From positions 1 through 39,438 of the forward strand of contig JAVZNT010000008.1 in assembly GCA_038882655.1 (NCBI GenBank): a stretch of 39,438 bases of DNA, given 5' to 3'. The DNA comes from Candidatus Bathyarchaeia archaeon. Its GTDB lineage: Archaea; Thermoproteota; Bathyarchaeia; Bathyarchaeales; Bathycorpusculaceae. The notes under the pieces were generated by a model, which worked only from the letters and a program-made list of their open reading frames with translations, was not told the origin of the DNA and did not search any database. Of this stretch, positions 8,799 through 16,451 are shown piece by piece. The translations under genes were made by a program, and so were the position numbers. Each line of letters starts with the position of its first letter. Positions within the stretch are counted from its first letter, which is position 1.

Positions 8799-10062
8799 GG
8801 AATATTTTGACTCCGTCTATTTCTGTTACGTATTCGAAGCCTACTTCAACCAAGCGGCATGCCTCTTCAACTGTTTTTGCTGTTCGCACGTGAAACTCAT
8901 CATTTGTGTTTTGGAATATAGCACTTTCGATGGTTATGTAGACAAGTGTGTTTTGGATGTTTTTGTGGCCTAGCAGCCTTTGAACGTGGATTATGTCTTT
9001 GGTTTTATGGTATTCCATGGTGCCTTTCCAATGTCTCAGCGTGTGGAATCCAATTTTTAGAAGTCGCGGGTTGCAGAGCTTGTGGGCGATGCGTTTCCGC
9101 TGGGTATAGTAATGGCTTTCCACCGCCTGCTTTGATGGGAATATTCTTTCACGTTTCCTAGGCAGCCTATTCAGCATTGTTATGCATTTTTCGCTTAGGG
9201 GCAATATGCGTGGCAAGCTGCCCTTCTCAGCTGTTATTCTCACTGTTCGCCTTTCAAAGTCTATGTCTTCCCATTTGAGGGTTAATGCTTCACCTATTCT
9301 GCAACCCGTCTCTTTTAACAGCTGTAGTAGGGCTGATATGGTTTTGCTTGTGTTGGCGATAAGTAAGTCGATTTCTTGTTCTGTGGGTATGAAGGGTATT
9401 TTCTGGATGGGCTTGTAGCTTGGAATCTGCCAACTGATGCTTAAATGCTTGTAAAAGTTGTTTAGGGTTTTTGCATAGTCGTGTTTTGTGGTTTCGTTGA
9501 CTGGAGCTTTTGATAAATATTCTAGGACGACTTCAGGGTTGAGGATGTCAACTTTTTTAGCGAGTGTGTTTAGGATTTTCGCGTAGCCTTGGATTGTTGT
9601 TTCTTTTCTGCCAAGCTTTTGCAGGTGCCAAAGGTATTCAAGGATTTTGCCTTTAATATCTTGTTGGTTGGTTTCGCTTGTGGCTCCCGCATGCCCGTTT
9701 TTCTCCTCTCCGATTTTTTGCTCCAAGGCTAATATAGCCTCGGCCGAGTTTTTCGCGGCCCTTGGGTGGGATTTGAACCCACCGCTGGGATTGGAACCCG
9801 GCGCGCCTACTCGGCGTTTTCTATTTTTCCCTTCATCAGTTTTTAAATTCTTGCCTCTATGTTGCCTTTCAACATGCGGCCATGAAAAACGGTATCCGCA
9901 AACCCTACACAAGTAGCGTTGAATTTGGCTTCCATCTGTTAAATAGCGCATTCCGTCTTTGTAGAGGCTTGTTGCTCCACATTCTGGACAGCGGAGCCCG
10001 TTGAAAGCTTCAATTTTGAAAAGGGGCTTTTCCGTTGGGCTTGTTGCGGGAGCCTCTTCCAT
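8785..10062 (-). CDS. Tyrosine recombinase/integrase with N-terminal Zn ribbon
   Basis: CPECG...YLCRVCGYRF; full catalytic set R (ETGCRIGE), K (AEKG), HxxR (HTLRH), H (LGH) and Y (TLVY). Confidence 0.95.
   Translation of the reverse strand: MEEAPATSPTEKPLFKIEAFNGLRCPECGATSLYKDGMRYLTDGSQIQRYLCRVCGYRFSWPHVERQHRGKNLKTDEGKNRKRRVGAPGSNPSGGFKSHPRAAKNSAEAILALEQKIGEEKNGHAGATSETNQQDIKGKILEYLWHLQKLGRKETTIQGYAKILNTLAKKVDILNPEVVLEYLSKAPVNETTKHDYAKTLNNFYKHLSISWQIPSYKPIQKIPFIPTEQEIDLLIANTSKTISALLQLLKETGCRIGEALTLKWEDIDFERRTVRITAEKGSLPRILPLSEKCITMLNRLPRKRERIFPSKQAVESHYYTQRKRIAHKLCNPRLLKIGFHTLRHWKGTMEYHKTKDIIHVQRLLGHKNIQNTLVYITIESAIFQNTNDEFHVRTAKTVEEACRLVEVGFEYVTEIDGVKIFRKRK
9743..9815 (-). other. Structured segment in the integrase gene with two tandem tRNA T-arm-like hairpins (candidate att-related site)
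   Basis: Minus strand reads CCGGGTTCCAATCCCAGCG-GTGGGTTCAAATCCCACCC-AAGGGCCGCG, enclosed by a 7-bp inverted repeat GCCGAGT/ACTCGGC. Confidence 0.65.
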
Positions 10063-10065
10063 AAT

Positions 10066-10296
10066 CTATATGCCTCGCAAAAATTTAGGGGGCCTTCCAG
10101 GCGGAAGTTTAGGCTTCTCTCTGGAACGCTTATGAAGCAGGGGCATGAGGGCTAACAGAAGCTGGATTTCAGTAAGCAGCCGTTGGTTATGCCGAATACA
10201 GTGAACGATTTTGTTAACTGTTGGATTCCGTTTTCGTGTTTTAATGAACTCTTCTATGGCTTCAAGCTCATGGGATGTGAAGATGTAGTTTCTCAT
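10066..10296 (-). CDS. Small basic protein upstream of the integrase (possible regulator or directionality factor)
   Basis: 76 aa; SD GAGGT upstream; stop 3 nt before the integrase ATG; AT-hook-like PPGRPPK tail. Confidence 0.65.
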   Translation of the reverse strand: MRNYIFTSHELEAIEEFIKTRKRNPTVNKIVHCIRHNQRLLTEIQLLLALMPLLHKRSREKPKLPPGRPPKFLRGI

Positions 10297-10341
10297 GGTT
10301 TAAACCTCGCACAAATTCCTACCACTGGAATTTCTAACCCC

Positions 10342-10653
10342 CTATTTTCCGCCCAGGATTTCCCTTGCCCTTTCAAGGGTTTTCTTGGCTTGCTGTTTTG
10401 CTTTAACCCTTCCAAGCGTCTGAAGCTTCGTGTTGACACGGTTAAGGTTGATTAGGGCTTGAAACAGTAGCATGGCGTCTTTATGGTTTCCAGCCTTCTG
10501 CAGCCTCTCCAATACTTTTGCAACTTTTTTCATAGAGTCAGCTATCAATGAACTCATTTTTGTGTATTCGTATGTGGAAAAAGATGGGGGTTTTTCGCTT
10601 TCCATCTTTAACTTAAACAACTCCACTTCTTCGCAGTCTGCCAATAATTTCAT
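10342..10653 (-). CDS. Hypothetical helical protein (likely start at MESEKPP)
   Basis: Co-oriented with the other cassette genes; Lys/Leu/Ala-rich helical composition. Confidence 0.55.
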   Translation of the reverse strand: MKLLADCEEVELFKLKMESEKPPSFSTYEYTKMSSLIADSMKKVAKVLERLQKAGNHKDAMLLFQALINLNRVNTKLQTLGRVKAKQQAKKTLERAREILGGK

Positions 10654-11203
10654 CTGCTGTTTGTTGAGGGGTGCTTGCTGCTTGAATAACTATTGCTCCA
10701 GGCAAAACATTCACAGTTTTCGCTGTTGACGTGTAAGTGTTGAATATTTTCCATAATGGAATGACAGCTTCCGGCCCCTTCTCTCCAATTAAGGCCATTG
10801 TAGGCTTGGTGATAATTCCGCCTTCTGCAAACTTTATTAAGCCTAGGGAACCCATTATTCCGGCAACGGCTGCTGCGGTTGCGGCAATTATGATGGGAAC
10901 AGCTACGCCTAAAGATGAAACAGCGTGAGCTATTGCATGAGCGATGGCTCTTCCTTTTTCAGCGATAGCGGCTAGGATGCTGGAATGGCGGATAGCGTCG
11001 AGGGCGCCGACTATCGCGCCTACAATCTTTGTTATTCCACTAGCCATTAGGTTGGCGAAAGCATGGGCTGCGCCTCGAGCTTTCTCGGCAAACTCGACAA
11101 GCCAGGAAGCGTCAGCTAACCTTTTAAAAACTTTGATAGCATACCTTACACAAAGAAAAAGGGGGAAGGTGCGGGAGAAGTCTATTGAAGGTGTATGTGC
11201 CAA
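10613..11203 (-). pseudogene. Tail tape-measure-like protein, C-terminal fragment
   Basis: FAEGGIITKPTMALIGEKGPEAVIPL motif typical of tape-measure C-termini; Ala-rich repeats AEKARGAAHAFA and AEKGRAIAHAIA; the first ~30 aa look unrelated, suggesting truncation. Confidence 0.7.
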
Positions 11204-11253
11204 ACATCAACCATTCATCATCACTTATGGTTTATTTAACACGGCAAACAGCG

Positions 11254-11261
11254 TTATTAAG
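11254..11261 (+). promoter_or_regulatory. Candidate outward-facing TATA box just inside the right inverted repeat
   Basis: TTATTAAG lies 9 nt before the inverted repeat. Confidence 0.4.
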
Positions 11262-11270
11262 CGTTTACAA

Positions 11271-11287
11271 GGAAGCGTAAATAAAAT
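11271..11287 (+). repeat. Right 17-bp inverted repeat GGAAGCGTAAATAAAAT
   Basis: Exact reverse complement of 8782-8798. Confidence 0.9.
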
Positions 11288-11354
11288 TTTGTGGAAGAGC
11301 AGCCAAATCTATATCTTAAAGTTGTTTTGTTTCGAGAAAGGCATGTGAGACAGA

Positions 11355-11537
11355 ATGGAGCTTCGAGAAATCCTCTGGCGGGAATTCTCTTTTATAAGCG
11401 GCGACTACAAGGTTCTGGTAGTAAGCTGGATGATAATAGACCTAGCAATGGAAATGAGCCTCAAACTTCCAGCACTGTGTTCAACATTTGGTACAAGAAC
11501 ATGTGTGATAAGTTGGCGGCCACTTGAGACAGCATAA
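11355..11537 (+). pseudogene. Truncated MFS-transporter-like N-terminus
   Basis: REFSFISGDYKVLVVSWMIIDLAMEM resembles the first helix of archaeal MFS transporters; continues in another frame (ASNFQHCVQHL) and then ends. Confidence 0.45.
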
Positions 11538-11581
11538 GTTCTTTAAGACGTAATGGTATAGATAGAAAGCGAGGTATCCGC

Positions 11582-12274
11582 ATGGCAATTGAGAAAACTC
11601 CTGGAAAAAATGAGATTCTGTTCGTGTGGTTTAATCGCTATGCTGGGGTAACAATAAAAACTCCCTCAAAAACCCTTGTGGTTGACCCCGTTGACGTGAA
11701 GCCCAAAGTTTTCCAGAAAGTGGACGCCATCCTCATAAGCCACGAGCACTATGACCACCTAGACCCGTCGCTTGTTTCAGAAGTCCATAAGCTGACCAGC
11801 TGTATGGTAATAGCAGACCTAACATCCACGAAAAGACTCCGCAACACCATCCCGGCGGAAAAGCTTCAAGAAGTTCAGCCCGGCTCTGAGGTTAAGGTTG
11901 GCGAAGTCTCTGTTAAAGCTGAAAAATGTAACCATCCGCCAGCAGCCACACCCATATCCTTCATAATAACAAGCGAGGACGGCGTAAAAGTCTTCCATAC
12001 AGCGGACAGCCTCCCCTTCCCAGAAATGGCAAGCATAGGTGAAAAAGAAAAATTGGATCTAGTCTTCTGTACCGTCGGCATTGCTCCTGGAACATCGCCA
12101 GAAACAGGCTTTGAAATAGCCAGACTAACAAAGCCAAAGGTGGCTGTTCCCTATCATACCGGCTCTTCCGCGGACCTAAAAAGGTTCGGCGAACTTTTGA
12201 AGAGAGAAATGCCAAAAGTCACATGCCTAATCCCAGAAGTTGGAAAGATTTACCAAGTTTCAAAAAAGGTGTAG
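11582..12274 (+). CDS. MBL-fold metallo-hydrolase (UlaG/Lactamase_B_3-like)
   Basis: VVDP, ISHEHYDHLD, FHTAD, PYH. Confidence 0.9.
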   Translation: MAIEKTPGKNEILFVWFNRYAGVTIKTPSKTLVVDPVDVKPKVFQKVDAILISHEHYDHLDPSLVSEVHKLTSCMVIADLTSTKRLRNTIPAEKLQEVQPGSEVKVGEVSVKAEKCNHPPAATPISFIITSEDGVKVFHTADSLPFPEMASIGEKEKLDLVFCTVGIAPGTSPETGFEIARLTKPKVAVPYHTGSSADLKRFGELLKREMPKVTCLIPEVGKIYQVSKKV

Positions 12275-12278
12275 ATAT

Positions 12279-12908
12279 ATGCTGAAGGAAAAGAGCGGCA
12301 TGAGCAGCAAACTTGATGTTTGCAAAATACTGAACAAAATTGGCGCCCTCCAATTTGGAACCTTCAAGCTTACAAGTGGAAAAATAAGCCCATACTACAT
12401 AGACCTGCGCATTGTTCCAAGCTTTCCAGACGTCTTCCAGAAAATCTGCAACCTCTACACAAACTTTGTAAAGGAGCAGATAGGCGTGGAGAACTTCGAA
12501 AGAGTCGCCGGAATCCCCGTGGCGGGAATCCCCTTCGCCTCGTTAATAGCCTACAACCTCAAAAAACCATTTCTATACATACGCAAGGGCGTGCGTCTTC
12601 ACGGAAGACAAAGAAGAATTGAAGGAGTCCTTACACCAGGAGATCATGTTCTAGTGGTGGACGACTTGATCACAACTGGATTATCGCTTAGAAGAGCGGC
12701 AAAAGCCATAACAGCTGAAGGTGGAATAGTAAACGATGCCGTGGTTCTCCTCGACAGAGAAGAGGGTGGCGAAGAAAAACTAAAGAAAAGCGGCATTAAG
12801 CTTCATGCTATCCTCAACATCAGCGAAGTGGCAAAAATGCTGTATGAGACAGGTGCAATAAACGAAGAACAATTGAAGACAATTTTGAAGCAGATTAAAA
12901 GGGAATAA
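12279..12908 (+). CDS. pyrE: Orotate phosphoribosyltransferase
   Basis: FKLTSGKISPYYIDLR, RKG..HG, PRPP motif VVDDLITTG; start placed at the ATG after the MBL stop. Confidence 0.95.
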   Translation: MLKEKSGMSSKLDVCKILNKIGALQFGTFKLTSGKISPYYIDLRIVPSFPDVFQKICNLYTNFVKEQIGVENFERVAGIPVAGIPFASLIAYNLKKPFLYIRKGVRLHGRQRRIEGVLTPGDHVLVVDDLITTGLSLRRAAKAITAEGGIVNDAVVLLDREEGGEEKLKKSGIKLHAILNISEVAKMLYETGAINEEQLKTILKQIKRE

Positions 12909-12937
12909 AAAGAAAGCGTTGGAAGGTGTTGGGGCGG

Positions 12938-13507
12938 CTACTCATAGAATATCAGTTCTTTATTCTCTAATATTTCATGGAGTTTGTGGACAGCGTCGTA
13001 AACGTCTTGTTCTCTCTTGGCTCCGGTGCAGACAAGTTTGCCGCTGGCAAAGAGCAGTATGACAACCTTAGGGTTATCCATTCTGTATATTAACCCTGGA
13101 AACTGTTCAGGCTCGTACATGGTTTTCCCAAGCGTATAGGCAGCCTTTTCCAAGTCTATCATACCGCCAAGACTCGCGGACGCCACAATGTTCTGAATTT
13201 TCAGTTCAGGCTTGCTTATGATTATTATTCCGCCCCGCTTCAACTCCTTAATAACCTTCATGACGGCCCTGCGAGCCTCCTTCTCGGATTTGGCTCCAGT
13301 GCAAACCATCTTGCCAGAATTAAAAATCAACGTGGCTGTCTTCGGTCTCTTAAGCCTAAAAACAAGCCCTGGAAACTGTTCTGGGCGGTACTCCACTCCT
13401 GGATAGCCCTTAACAACAGCGTTCAAGTCCACCTTCTGGTTTAGAGTCGCAGACGCAACAACGTTCTCTATGCTTATCATAGCTTTAACTTTAGGCATAA
13501 ACACCAC
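12938..13507 (-). CDS. tbp: TATA-box-binding protein
   Basis: Two repeats of NxVAS...YxPEQFPGLxxR...LxFxSGKxVCTGAK. Confidence 0.98.
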   Translation of the reverse strand: MVFMPKVKAMISIENVVASATLNQKVDLNAVVKGYPGVEYRPEQFPGLVFRLKRPKTATLIFNSGKMVCTGAKSEKEARRAVMKVIKELKRGGIIIISKPELKIQNIVASASLGGMIDLEKAAYTLGKTMYEPEQFPGLIYRMDNPKVVILLFASGKLVCTGAKREQDVYDAVHKLHEILENKELIFYE

Positions 13508-13629
13508 TTCTACATATCAAGTCTTTAAATACCCTTTATAAAGCATTAGGTTTCAACGATTTAAGCTGAAACTTGAAAAAGCCTTAAATTGGTCAACTGC
13601 AAATTTACGGTTCTATAAAAGGTGAAGAG

Positions 13630-14580
13630 TTGGGAAAAACATTCAAGTCAGGCTTTACGTTCATACCGCCTGCGATTTTCACGTTATTTATTTCAGCGTT
13701 CTATCTGGCCTTCCGAATTTTTCCAGGACCAGAATTCATATTTTTATGCTTGTTTGTGTATGCTTCCTATACCCAGAGTAACAATCGTTTTGTGAGGACT
13801 TTCACACCATTCATCGTATCCTTTCTATCCTATGAGACTTTAAATAGGCTTATAGATGGTGTGCCAAGATACATTCATGTCCAAGAGCCGATAGCTGCTG
13901 ACCTACGGATATTTAATGCCCTTCCAACACTTGCGCTTCAACAATCCATTAGAACACCAGTTTTAGATTATATTGGAGCTGCATTTTACTCCTTGCATTT
14001 TTTTGCGCCAACAATTTTCGCCTTCATATTATGGAAATACCGGCCGGAGCACTACCAGAAGTATGCTCTAGCCTTTATGATATGCACTTATAGCGCCCTC
14101 ATCACTTTCCTTGTTTATCCCGTTGCGCCTCCTTGGTATGGGGTTGGAGCCACCAGAATACTTTTCCAAGTTGACCAAAACTTGGGGGTTCCCATGTATC
14201 GGGCAATCTACGACTATATCGGGGTAAACCTATTCGCAGCATTTCCAAGTCTTCATTCGGCAATTCCATGGCTGATAGCTCTCTCCGCTCTTAAAACGTG
14301 GAAGAAGAAAGCTTTGCCAGTCTTAATTTTTCCGGTGATGGTTTGGTTCAGTGCAGTTTACCTTGGAGAACATTACGTGATTGACGTGGTGGGCGGGGTT
14401 GCATATGCAACTTTAGCCTTCGTTGCAGCATACAATAAAGATAGGTTTGTTAAAGTTAGATTTTCCTTGGGCGGAAACGTTGCCGATTCAATATTGGATA
14501 GTTTAGGAAAAGTTAAGCTTCCAGTATGCCGAAGAAGTGAACAAATGTACGTGTCCATGATTCGACGCGCCTTGTGGTGA
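13630..14580 (+). CDS. PAP2 superfamily membrane protein (Aur1/IPC-synthase-like, PAP2_3)
   Basis: YSLHF, PVAPPW, AAFPSLHSA, VYLGEHYVIDVVGG. Confidence 0.85.
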   Translation: MGKTFKSGFTFIPPAIFTLFISAFYLAFRIFPGPEFIFLCLFVYASYTQSNNRFVRTFTPFIVSFLSYETLNRLIDGVPRYIHVQEPIAADLRIFNALPTLALQQSIRTPVLDYIGAAFYSLHFFAPTIFAFILWKYRPEHYQKYALAFMICTYSALITFLVYPVAPPWYGVGATRILFQVDQNLGVPMYRAIYDYIGVNLFAAFPSLHSAIPWLIALSALKTWKKKALPVLIFPVMVWFSAVYLGEHYVIDVVGGVAYATLAFVAAYNKDRFVKVRFSLGGNVADSILDSLGKVKLPVCRRSEQMYVSMIRRALW

Positions 14581-14594
14581 AGGCTGATTTGCGT

Positions 14595-14798
14595 TTATGG
14601 TTTTCGCCACAAGTCTGAAACTCGCCCAGCCTTCACAAGTTTCCACTTTCCAAAAAAGTCCTTCCGATAAAAGTGGTATAAGCCACATTGAGGACACTGC
14701 ATAATCCGCCTATTCTTTTCATAATCAATTTCGTATAATTCTAGGCTGGCGCCACAGTCAACACATTTAGGCTGCTCCTTCATGGTTTCCCTAAACAT
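14595..14798 (-). CDS. Small Zn-ribbon protein
   Basis: CVDCG...CPQCG; coupled to the signal peptidase stop. Confidence 0.7.
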   Translation of the reverse strand: MFRETMKEQPKCVDCGASLELYEIDYEKNRRIMQCPQCGLYHFYRKDFFGKWKLVKAGRVSDLWRKP

Positions 14799-15759
14799 CC
14801 AGCCTCACTTTTAATATGCTTTTCTCCTTCCATTTTTTAAGGAAATTGTAGAGTTTCCAAATGTTATAAATTATTAGGATTAATATAAAGAGTTGGAACC
14901 ATGAAAAGGTTGGGACTCCTTGGCGCAGACCACCGTTTACTTCATAGTTGATTTGATATGTTAAAAAACCTTGAGACAAGTAAGCTTCGCTCACGAATTG
15001 GAAGCTTTCATGAAAGTGTACATCAGAAAGCATACCATAAATAGTTGCTTGTGGCGGGGTGGCTCCGGGTTGCCAAATGGTTAGGGAGCCGCATATACTA
15101 AAAATTATTAGTCCTAACAGAATTATGTTTATGATTATGTAAAGAAGTAGGCGGAGGCTTATTTTTGAGAAAAGCGTTTTCTCTCCGGTTTGTTGCTCCT
15201 CTTTTGGGGTTTTTTCTTCTCCACGAGCACCTAAAGGCAACATTAAGATTATTAAAATTATTATGAGTGCCAGAAATATGAGGTACATGTTTCTCTCCGA
15301 ATGGAGGAATAAGGGTAAGTTGCCGATAGCGGGGATTCTTGCTATCACTTTGCCAACAAGCCGTGTTGAATTCCAAGGCGTGTCGCTTGTGATGGCGTTG
15401 TCTCCGCGGGTTGTAATCCAGTAAACGTCATTTTCGTCTTGTCTTACGTCGACTGCTCTGTGGACTATGAGTTCGTCTCCGCGTTTATAGACGAGGATGT
15501 CTCCGTTAACTGGGTCGGCGTGTATTTGGGATGGGTCTATTTTTTGCACTATTATTAAGTCTCCTACGTTTAGGGTTGGAAGCATGCTTCCGGATGCTAC
15601 TGCAAGGGCTGGATATTCTGAGCCCAAGGCTGCTTGTGTGCCGAAGTATAAGCCGAAAACTACTGTAAGGGTTAAGGCAACTGTTATTGCCATTTGAAAG
15701 TATTCGTTTTTCCAAAGCCTTTTAAGTGTTTGTATCACCAAGTTTTTGCCTTCTTGCAT
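14791..15759 (-). CDS. Signal peptidase I (S26B/Sec11-type) with extra C-terminal membrane region
   Basis: VASGSMLPTLNVGDL, IVHR, TRGDN. Confidence 0.9.
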   Translation of the reverse strand: MQEGKNLVIQTLKRLWKNEYFQMAITVALTLTVVFGLYFGTQAALGSEYPALAVASGSMLPTLNVGDLIIVQKIDPSQIHADPVNGDILVYKRGDELIVHRAVDVRQDENDVYWITTRGDNAITSDTPWNSTRLVGKVIARIPAIGNLPLFLHSERNMYLIFLALIIILIILMLPLGARGEEKTPKEEQQTGEKTLFSKISLRLLLYIIINIILLGLIIFSICGSLTIWQPGATPPQATIYGMLSDVHFHESFQFVSEAYLSQGFLTYQINYEVNGGLRQGVPTFSWFQLFILILIIYNIWKLYNFLKKWKEKSILKVRLDV

Positions 15760-15851
15760 GATTCGGGTTTTCTTGTTGAATTAGCCTTTCATGTTTTAAA
15801 ACTTAACGCTTAATTTATGGAAATAAAAATGAGGGGGTTTACGGGATACGC

Positions 15852-16061
15852 TTAGATTTCTATGCCTTCTGCGCCCAGTTTGACTTTACTTACCACGCCC
15901 TTAAACTTTTTTCCACATTTTGGGCATTCATACATGCCAAAGACTGTCATGGTTATTCTCATTTTCTTGTCTGGGAAGGGGGCGATAAGCTCCCATGTCT
16001 TGTAAGGGTCTTTAACTTCTGTTCCACATTCGGGACATGTGTTCTGTTTAGCCTTTGGCAT
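15852..16061 (-). CDS. Cren7-like Zn-ribbon small chromatin protein
   Basis: CPECG...P.KTWELIAP...FGMYECPKCGKKF, matching the Cren7-like pattern P.K.W.L.P...IGLF...G.YF. Confidence 0.7.
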   Translation of the reverse strand: MPKAKQNTCPECGTEVKDPYKTWELIAPFPDKKMRITMTVFGMYECPKCGKKFKGVVSKVKLGAEGIEI

Positions 16062-16096
16062 TGTGGGTCGCCAGTTTGGCTGTGCCCTTTAAGGGT

Positions 16097-16267
16097 TTAG
16101 ACCTTCTTCTTGCTTAGGACTTCTCGGAAGGGCTTCTTGCATTTTGGACAGTCGAAAAGTCCTATTTCCAGCTGCATTCTTTTACCCGACTTGTCGGGGC
16201 GTCCAGCCATTGTCCACTTCTTCTTAGGCGTATTTACAACGGTTCCACATTTTGGACATTTAGCCAT
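16097..16267 (-). CDS. Second Cren7-like Zn-ribbon protein (56 aa, missing from ORF track)
   Basis: Hand translation MAKCPKCGTVVNTPKKKWTMAGRPDKSGKRMQLEIGLFDCPKCKKPFREVLSKKKV*; SD GGAGG upstream. Confidence 0.85.
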   Translation of the reverse strand: MAKCPKCGTVVNTPKKKWTMAGRPDKSGKRMQLEIGLFDCPKCKKPFREVLSKKKV

Positions 16268-16451
16268 TTATTTTCCTCCAAACATCCTCGATATTCATGG
16301 TTTTCTCATGATGATAGATAAATAATTTTCCATTGTTTCCGAGTATGAGCACTGCTTTAGCATGGAAATTATGGGTTTTTGACGTTTTTATAACGGTCGT
16401 TGTAAAGGCTTATTTAGCGGCTTAAGATGTTTAGGGTTTCAGTGGGGTTAA

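Larger units (their letters stand above)
8782..11287. mobile_element. Integrase cassette / provirus remnant bounded by 17-bp inverted repeats
   Basis: Contains a tyrosine integrase, two small ORFs and a tape-measure-like fragment; ends are exact reverse complements. Confidence 0.75.

Noticed and set aside
9743-9815. A real tRNA gene inside the integrase
   Set aside because: No D-arm or anticodon arm; only T-arm-like hairpins.
8782-11287. Classical IS element with terminal inverted repeats
   Set aside because: No DDE transposase and no evident target-site duplication; the enzyme is a tyrosine recombinase.
16110-16325. 71-aa plus-strand ORF
   Set aside because: Antisense to the 56-aa Cren7-like gene.
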